From a virus (taxonomy: Duplodnaviria; Caudoviricetes): a stretch of DNA of 30,307 nucleotides. Shown here one piece after another: positions 25,623-30,307 of the stretch. Where the stretch lies: positions 1 through 30,307 of the IMG/VR virus record IMGVR_UViG_3300035547_000103. One strand, given 5' to 3'. Both the position numbers and the translations under genes were made by a program. Numbering within the stretch: the stretch's first letter is position 1; each line of letters opens with the position of its first letter. The notes below the pieces were generated by a model, which saw nothing but the letters and a program-made list of their open reading frames with translations, was not told the origin of the DNA and made no database searches.

Positions 25623-26282
25623 ATGAAAAAAAACAGAATCATCTCCATAGTCCTGCTGGTGATATTTGCCATGGCGGCCTCTGCCTGGGCGGACACTGTG
25701 TCTGTCCGGCCCTACGGTATTGCCACGCCGAAGTGGTACTCTTACTCTGACGGCGAGAAATCTGACTATTACCTGGAACATCCGACGCTGAGCACAAACG
25801 ACCAGGTTGTCACCGAAGATGCCACGCAGATCATGACAAATAAGACGCTCACTTCTCCGACGATTTCCGGCCCGACACTCTCAAACTTTTTGCTGCCGGC
25901 CGAGGACACTACGGCGACCAACATATTGACCGCTTCAGAATCCGGCAAGGTGATCTGGCTGAACTCAGATACCGAGTTTGTGACTACCCTGCCTGCGCTG
26001 TCTACTGTTTCGGCCGGGACCCGTTTTAAGTTCATTGTCAAAGCGGCCCCGGCCAGCGCGGACTATACGGTTATTACCGGAAATTCCCTTGAAAATAAAA
26101 TTTATGGGCTTGCTGTGGTCAACGGGGCATCGGTGCCCGCAGCTGACGAAGACACCATTACCTTTGCTGACGGTGTTGCCGTGGTGGGGGACTGGGTTGA
26201 GGTCGTGAGCGATGGCACGAATTGGTATGTTTCCGGCCAGGGGCACGCCGCCGGAGCAATAACTTTGACAGCAGCGGATTAA
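25623..26282 (+). CDS. Signal-peptide-bearing protein with virion-fibre-like C-terminal domain
   Basis: MKKNRIISIVLLVIFAMAASAWA-D is a Sec signal with AxA site; TNKTLTSPTI motif; C-terminal VVSDGTNWYV. Confidence 0.75.
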   Translation: MKKNRIISIVLLVIFAMAASAWADTVSVRPYGIATPKWYSYSDGEKSDYYLEHPTLSTNDQVVTEDATQIMTNKTLTSPTISGPTLSNFLLPAEDTTATNILTASESGKVIWLNSDTEFVTTLPALSTVSAGTRFKFIVKAAPASADYTVITGNSLENKIYGLAVVNGASVPAADEDTITFADGVAVVGDWVEVVSDGTNWYVSGQGHAAGAITLTAAD

Positions 26283-26295
26283 AGGTGGTGATCTG

Positions 26296-26622
26296 ATGCA
26301 GTTTTCCACACTCGAACTCACGCTGATGTCCGGCTTGTTCACTGCCCTGGGGGCGGTGATCGCCGGGGTCGTGATCCGGATGCTGACCGGGGGCCGGTGG
26401 GTCACTCAGTCCGAGTGCGCGGCCCGGCATGCCAGTGACTGCCAGATGAGTTCTCAGCTCATTGCCAAGATCGATGAGTTGAGGTCCGGGCAGGAGCGGT
26501 TTCAGGAATCTGTGGACGCGAAAAACAGCATGCTGTTCCGGATGTTGCGGTCTATGGTGGCACACATGAATTTGTCTCCGGATCAGCGGGAGCGAATCCT
26601 GAATGAAAGGTCAGGTGACTGA
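26296..26622 (+). CDS. Single-TM plus coiled-coil protein (holin/antiholin-like)
   Basis: N-terminal TM, WVTQSECAARH, coiled coil; first gene of the lysis block. Confidence 0.55.
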   Translation: MQFSTLELTLMSGLFTALGAVIAGVVIRMLTGGRWVTQSECAARHASDCQMSSQLIAKIDELRSGQERFQESVDAKNSMLFRMLRSMVAHMNLSPDQRERILNERSGD

Positions 26623-26990
26623 TGACAGCCAGCGGTCTGATTGTATTTATGCGGACGGTGCCGGACAAACCCCTGCACCGGGCGCTGACAATCCCGATGC
26701 CGTATCGCAAAATGGACGGCACTATGGGGCTGATCCCGGCCGGGTTTGAATCGGACGGCAGCAGCGTGCCATGGATATTTCAGGGGTTTTTCCCAAGGCA
26801 CCGGCACCCGATTGCCTTTTTCCGGCATGACTGGCGATGCCGACTGGCAAAAACTCCGGCGGAGCGGTTGTTCGCGGATCAGGAATTCCGGAAAGATGTT
26901 CGGCGGACCTCCTGGTTGATCACGGCCTGGGCCGGATATGCCGGGGTCCGGGTCGGCGCCTGGCTGGGTGTGGGCGTTTATAATTATTGA
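26622..26990 (+). CDS. DUF1353-like protein
   Basis: IPAGFESDGSSVP...HDW...RLFADQEF...YAGVRVG. Confidence 0.8.
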   Translation: MTASGLIVFMRTVPDKPLHRALTIPMPYRKMDGTMGLIPAGFESDGSSVPWIFQGFFPRHRHPIAFFRHDWRCRLAKTPAERLFADQEFRKDVRRTSWLITAWAGYAGVRVGAWLGVGVYNY

Positions 26991-27002
26991 AAGGACAGTG
27001 AT

Positions 27003-27464
27003 ATGAAAAACAAATTGATGGACATATTGACGTTTTTGCTGGTGCTAATCGTGTTTGCCATGATGGTGACCGGGTGCGTCACTTCCAGTGTGGGAGACGG
27101 CCAGGTGGATCAGGTGGAAGCCGCTACCATCCGGGCGGCTGTGGGTGTGTCCATGTCGGCACGGCCGGAAACTGTGGTGCCGGCGTATGCCGTGACCAAG
27201 GCTTTGCTGGCGATCATGGACGGCGGGGAGCCGGTCCAGCTCAAGGACCTGGAGTCCGCACTCAATGATCAGATCGACACCCTCCAACTGTCTCCCATGG
27301 AAAAGGCAGCGGTGCTGGATCTGGCCGCATTGGTCCAGGTGAACATCGAGGCCCGCCTGGTTGGGCTGATTCCCGACATGCACCTGGTGGTAGTGCGGGC
27401 CGTGATCGAGATTGTGCATGAAACGGCCGCGTATAGATTGAATCTGGTCAAGGCGGGGGTATGA
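27003..27464 (+). CDS. Lipoprotein in lysis block
   Basis: Hydrophobic leader with lipobox VTG-C; AAAGGA SD. Confidence 0.7.
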   Translation: MKNKLMDILTFLLVLIVFAMMVTGCVTSSVGDGQVDQVEAATIRAAVGVSMSARPETVVPAYAVTKALLAIMDGGEPVQLKDLESALNDQIDTLQLSPMEKAAVLDLAALVQVNIEARLVGLIPDMHLVVVRAVIEIVHETAAYRLNLVKAGV

Positions 27465-27865
27465 CAAACAGCATCTCCATAAACTGGGCCGATTATTTTC
27501 CATATCTACAGCCCCATGAATTTGAATGCAACTGCACCCATAAATGCGGGCTACAGAACATGACTAAAGAACACATGGACCGGCTGTATGCTGCCAGAAT
27601 GATGGTGGACAAGCGCGGTATAAAGTTTGACATCATCAGCGGATCACGCTGCGCTCCATGGAACAAACACGAGGGCGGATCTTTCAGAAGCGACCACCTT
27701 ACCGGGGAGGGGACAGATATTTTTGTGCCTGGCAGCCGGCACCGGTTTTTGATTTTAGAGGCCCTGATGAAAGCGGGGTTCCGGCGAATAGGGATAGGGC
27801 ACACTTTTTTACATGCCGGCAGCAGCGCGGGCAGAAATCCACAGGAAGTGTGCTGGCTGTATTAA
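27461..27865 (+). CDS. Endolysin, peptidase M15A family
   Basis: EFECNC...CG...ISGSRCAPWN...GG...SDHLTGEGTDI...GFRRIGIGHTFLH. Confidence 0.88.
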   Translation: MTNSISINWADYFPYLQPHEFECNCTHKCGLQNMTKEHMDRLYAARMMVDKRGIKFDIISGSRCAPWNKHEGGSFRSDHLTGEGTDIFVPGSRHRFLILEALMKAGFRRIGIGHTFLHAGSSAGRNPQEVCWLY

Positions 27866-27884
27866 GCCATAAAAAAGAGGTGTC

Positions 27885-28232
27885 ATGACCACATTTAAAG
27901 AACAGGTGCAACTCGACCTGGATGTGTTTTTCAACACAGATGAATTTGCCGAGTCAGTCGTATATACCCCCGCTTCCGGCGGGGAGGCCGTGGCCGTGCA
28001 GGCCATTGTGGATTACGGCGGTACCGGCAGCATGGACGAAGGCAAGGAAAGTGACGGCTATGTCTGGCGGTTGATGTGCGCCAAGGGTGTGCGGCCGGAC
28101 TTTGACCGGGGACGGGTCAGAGAAACCGCCCTGGTGGAGGTCAGAAAAGACCAGATCCCTTCCCCGGGATACCGGGACACATTCACAATCGATGGTGAGA
28201 CGTGGACCATCACGGATATATGGGAGCGCTGA
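27885..28232 (+). CDS. Head-tail joining protein (FII-like)
   Basis: TFKEQVQLDLDVFFNTDEFAESV...P...DTFTIDGETWTI. Confidence 0.75.
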   Translation: MTTFKEQVQLDLDVFFNTDEFAESVVYTPASGGEAVAVQAIVDYGGTGSMDEGKESDGYVWRLMCAKGVRPDFDRGRVRETALVEVRKDQIPSPGYRDTFTIDGETWTITDIWER

Positions 28233-28235
28233 CCC

Positions 28236-28919
28236 ATGCTTGAGATCTACATGGACGAACGGGGCGAGCTGGCCATTGAAAACATGGAGGCCCTGATCAA
28301 GGCGTTCCCGCAGTTTGCGGACCGGGCCACAGCATCGGCCCTGAAATCGGAGGGATGGCGGCTGAGAGAACTGATCAAAGACGCGATCCAGGCGGGAGGT
28401 CCGAAGAACGCAAAATGGCAGGACTTACACAGAAAAACACCCAGGCTTGCAGCGCAGAAACGCGGATGGGTCAAAAACTATCGGATGGTCTGGAAAGGCG
28501 AAAAAGGCAGCAAGCGCCGGGTAAGAGAGTATTGGGTAAATCAACCAGGCGGGGGTAAATTCCGGATAAAACGGAAAGGTGGTCCATTGTCCAAGCTGGC
28601 CGGGGCCGTGCGGTATGAATACGACAAGGACCTGGAAGCGGTCAGCATCGGATTTATCCGTGACCGCGGCGTGTCTGACCGGATGCTGAGCCTGGCCCGG
28701 TTGCATGCCAAAGGGGAAAAAACTAAAATCACGCCCCGGATGCGCAAGATGCTGTTTGCCATGGGAGTTCCCATCAAAAAAACCACCACCACTTTGGAAA
28801 CCCCGGCCAGGCCGGTCATCGAGCCGGTGTTCCGGATGGAAAAGGACAATATCCCGAAGAACATTGAAAAGAAATTTCTGGCCGCCATCCGGCGGTACAT
28901 GGAGGCAAAAGAAAAATAA
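28236..28919 (+). CDS. Basic neck/tail completion protein
   Basis: Very basic; TPARPVIEP motif; lies between the FII-like gene and the tail terminator. Confidence 0.6.
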   Translation: MLEIYMDERGELAIENMEALIKAFPQFADRATASALKSEGWRLRELIKDAIQAGGPKNAKWQDLHRKTPRLAAQKRGWVKNYRMVWKGEKGSKRRVREYWVNQPGGGKFRIKRKGGPLSKLAGAVRYEYDKDLEAVSIGFIRDRGVSDRMLSLARLHAKGEKTKITPRMRKMLFAMGVPIKKTTTTLETPARPVIEPVFRMEKDNIPKNIEKKFLAAIRRYMEAKEK

Positions 28920-29383
28920 TGACCACGTCCCTGCAGCTGATCGAGCAGATCCGGACCGCCCTTGCCGATGACGCGGCTGTCACCGCCTGGTGCGTGGAGC
29001 ATTTCGGGAAATCCCACACGGTGTTCATCGATGTGGATGAACGCCAGCCGCCGGATCCTTCCACTGATTACCCGGCCATTGTCGTGACCGGCCTTAGCCA
29101 GGTCCGGGGAGACTCACACCGGGATCTGGCCTGGGAACTGGAAATCGGGGTCGGTGTGGTCAATGAAGAAATTGTGGAATCCGGCAACACAAAGACCATG
29201 ACCGGGTTCTGCCAGGCCGAGACCCTCCGGGAGCTGGCGGAAAACGCCATTTACCGGGCCGGTATCGGCAGCGTAACCACCCGGGCAGAATCCGGATCCG
29301 CCAGTTTTTTCCCGCTGTTCATCAGCGGTTCAGTCATACCCATCACAACGCTTAAAACCACCCGGCGGGCAATGCCGGTATAA
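28919..29383 (+). CDS. Tail terminator-like protein
   Basis: TAATG coupling; DYPAIVV motif; directly before the tail tube gene. Confidence 0.6.
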   Translation: MTTSLQLIEQIRTALADDAAVTAWCVEHFGKSHTVFIDVDERQPPDPSTDYPAIVVTGLSQVRGDSHRDLAWELEIGVGVVNEEIVESGNTKTMTGFCQAETLRELAENAIYRAGIGSVTTRAESGSASFFPLFISGSVIPITTLKTTRRAMPV

Positions 29384-29404
29384 TCACTGAAAAGGAGTAT
29401 CACT

Positions 29405-30307
29405 ATGTCAAATCTGACTTCCAACCCCGCAAACATTCGGTTCAACGGCACCGGCCGGGCATATGCCGGGGCCGTGGCCGGCGCGTCCTTTGACGACCTG
29501 GGCGAGCTGGACGGCATCAACTTCAACGTGGAGGTATCCACCGAGACGCTCCAGTCCACCCGGAACGCGGCCAGGGGGACCATCATCGAGCGCGAGACCG
29601 AGCGCAACGCCTCCCTGTCCTTTGGCCTGAGAGAAATGTCCAACAACAACCTGCAAATGGTGCTGCTGGGATCTGCGATCGTGGCAGCCAACCAGGCGGC
29701 CGCCGGCGTGTTCCAGGAAGAAAAAACTTTTGTCGATGATCTGTATGTGGATCTGGGCAAGGTCAACGTGTTTGTCACCAAGATCACCGGCACTATTACC
29801 GGGGTGCTGGCTGTGGGGGATGAGGTGACCGGCGCTTTATCCGGAGCCACCGGCAAGGTCGCGTTTGTTGGCACCGGCCATGTGGTATTGATCAATGTGT
29901 CCGGCACGTTTCAGACGGGCGAGGCAATTGAAGAGACCGCGGACACCAATTATATCACGCCCACCGGCATTGAAACCGAGGAAGATGTGTGTATCACATC
30001 CGCTGCCGGAGACGTGCGGCGCGCCCAGGGCACCGATTACACCATTGATCCGGATTACGGCTATGTCCGCCAGCTGTCCACCGGGGACATGACCGGCACG
30101 GACGTGGTGTCATACGACCATGAAGCCGTGGACATCGATTATCTGCACGGCATGTCTGCCGGATCGGTGGAGAAGAAAATCATTTTTGTCACGGATAAAG
30201 ATGACCAGGGTCCCCGGTTCCGGTACACGTTCCACAAAGTCCAGATCAGCCTGTCCGGCGAGTTCCCCCTGATCGGTGACGGGGCCTCCGTGCTCCAGGT
30301 CTCCGGA
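29405..30307 (+). CDS. Major tail (tube) protein, runs off window (not in ORF track)
   Basis: AAGGAG SD; open frame of 301 codons: MSNLTSNPANIRFNGTGRAY...DLGELDGINFNVE...LREMSNNNLQMVLLG...GTDYTID...FHKVQISLSGEFPLIGD. Confidence 0.85.
   Translation, partial: MSNLTSNPANIRFNGTGRAYAGAVAGASFDDLGELDGINFNVEVSTETLQSTRNAARGTIIERETERNASLSFGLREMSNNNLQMVLLGSAIVAANQAAAGVFQEEKTFVDDLYVDLGKVNVFVTKITGTITGVLAVGDEVTGALSGATGKVAFVGTGHVVLINVSGTFQTGEAIEETADTNYITPTGIETEEDVCITSAAGDVRRAQGTDYTIDPDYGYVRQLSTGDMTGTDVVSYDHEAVDIDYLHGMSAGSVEKKIIFVTDKDDQGPRFRYTFHKVQISLSGEFPLIGDGASVLQVSG

Larger units (their letters stand above)
77..30307. mobile_element. Lambdoid temperate prophage, left part; continues beyond the window
   Basis: tRNA-derived att, integrase, immunity switch, replication, cos/terminase, portal, capsid, lysis and tail genes in canonical order. 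Confidence 0.97.

Noticed and set aside
1-30307. Reverse transcriptase/DGR, IS element, intron or genome-wide stop-codon recoding
   Set aside because: No RT or transposase motifs were seen, and core genes read through intact in the standard code.

Overview
The window holds the left ~30 kb of a lambdoid, probably long non-contractile-tailed temperate prophage. It is integrated at a tRNA-Thr(CGT) site, of which only the 3' half is present (77-127). Modules from left to right: (1) att site, tyrosine integrase and excisionase. (2) A leftward early operon with two DNA methyltransferases and a truncated HNH gene. (3) An accessory island with a RelE/HigB-type toxin, its antidote, a second orphan HTH antitoxin, a duplicated antitoxin stub, an amber-interrupted ORF and a Zn-ribbon gene behind cI. 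(4) The cI/cro switch, rha and a cII-like gene. (5) SbcC-like ATPase, RecT and MBL nuclease for recombination. (6) An O-type replication initiator with iterons, a loader-like gene and RusA. (7) A cos-like site and lambda-type terminase. (8) A second, late-type promoter with tandem repeats, then portal, protease/scaffold, decoration protein and capsid. (9) A lysis cassette between head and tail genes. (10) Head-tail connectors and a tail tube gene running off the right edge. The most unusual signal is an exact 22-bp match between the predicted 5' end of the leftward (xis/int) operon leader and a hairpin in the rightward early transcript. The two RNAs would be complementary, and pairing would overlap a small hairpin that hides the first leftward ribosome-binding site, which suggests a toehold-switch-like RNA-RNA control. 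All protein calls come from motif recognition and gene order only; no database search was run.
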